Shown here: one piece after another, positions 63,440-64,000 of the stretch
Layout: every line of letters begins with the position of its first letter
How positions within the stretch are numbered: the stretch's first letter is position 1
From: Phaeosaccion multiseriatum
Lineage: Eukaryota; Protista; Ochrophyta, other classes
Length of the DNA: 64,000 bases
Assembly: GCA_965112735.1 (NCBI GenBank)
Contig: OZ218960.1
Span: forward strand, 558,001 to 622,000
Direction: 5' to 3'
Made by a program: the position numbers and the translations under genes
Notes under the pieces: generated by a model
Told to the model about the DNA's origin: nothing
What the model saw: only the letters and a program-made list of their open reading frames with translations
The model's database searches: none

Positions 63440-63865
63440 GAGCAGGCGTATGGGCAGGCATATGGGCAGGCATATGGGCAGGCATACGGGCAGGCATATG
63501 AGCAGGCCTATGAGCGGGCTATGGGCAGGTACCAGGGCCGGCTTATGGGCAGGCATGTGGGCAGGCATATGGGCAGGCTTATGAGCAGGCATATGGGCAG
63601 GCTTATGAGGTTACAGGCATATGGGCAGGCATATGAGCAGGCATATGGGCAGGTATATGAGCAGGCATATGGGTAGGCATATGGGCAGGCCTATGAGCAG
63701 GCATATGGGCAGGTATATGAGCAGGCATATGGGTAGGCATATGGGCAGGCCTATGAGCAGGCATATGGGCAGGCATATGAGCAGGCATACGGGCAGGCAT
63801 ATGGAGAAGCATGGGGGCAGGAGGCGGGCATATGGGAAGGCAGATGGGCAGGCATATGGGCAGGG
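63440..63865. repeat. 12-bp intronic minisatellite (GGCAGGCATATG)n
   Basis: Directly visible. Confidence 0.95.
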
Positions 63866-64000
63866 GGCGGGGCACGATGTGACCTCGGGAGGGTGCAGGA
63901 CGAGATGTCGCTCTCTCGCACCCAATTGCCCTTCCCCTCGATTGTCGTCCTCGCGAGCGTGACTTTCACGGGTGGCCCCCTCGCCCTCTCCTCTCGCCTC

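Noticed and set aside
86-63969. Hundreds of overlapping ORFs rich in poly-P/G/E/R/L, CV, HT or MYVC
   Set aside because: They are translations of microsatellites or antisense shadows of real exons, with no domain signal.
1-64000. tRNA, rRNA or autonomous transposon genes
   Set aside because: I recognised no cloverleaf, rRNA signature, transposase or reverse-transcriptase motif by eye. A tRNAscan/Rfam/Dfam search would be needed to exclude them.

Overview
Eukaryotic nuclear DNA, GC-rich and intron-dense. Almost every intron carries a micro- or minisatellite, and many exons carry homopeptide runs, so most ORFs in the supplied track are low-complexity artefacts. Manual splicing recovers 14 intact-looking genes plus one probable pseudogene. 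In order: DEAH helicase (DHX57/DHX36-like, partial), CWC2, folylpolyglutamate synthase, a probably plastid-targeted S1-domain protein, a secreted HHIP-like/PQQ sugar-dehydrogenase with CBM-like modules, an unknown protein, SAICAR synthetase, an Erf4/GOLGA7-like protein, a Tudor-like protein, an ankyrin protein, a TPK-like two-pore channel, APC5, a COMMD9-like protein, a decayed TSP3/Cys-repeat gene and the start of a C2-domain gene. A signal-peptide plus 'A-FAF' N-terminus and tight head-to-head gene pairs suggest a photosynthetic stramenopile (inference only). The strongest unexplained signals are two dispersed short motifs. Motif A, GCAGTTGGTGATACA, has 13 exact copies; 12 lie in exons of 6 unrelated genes and are read in three different frames. 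Motif B, GGATGGCAGTGGATGG/CCATCCACTGCCATCC, has 18 exact copies; 17 are intronic, with the G-form near donors and the C-form near acceptors. All counts and exon boundaries were made by eye and may be slightly off or incomplete.
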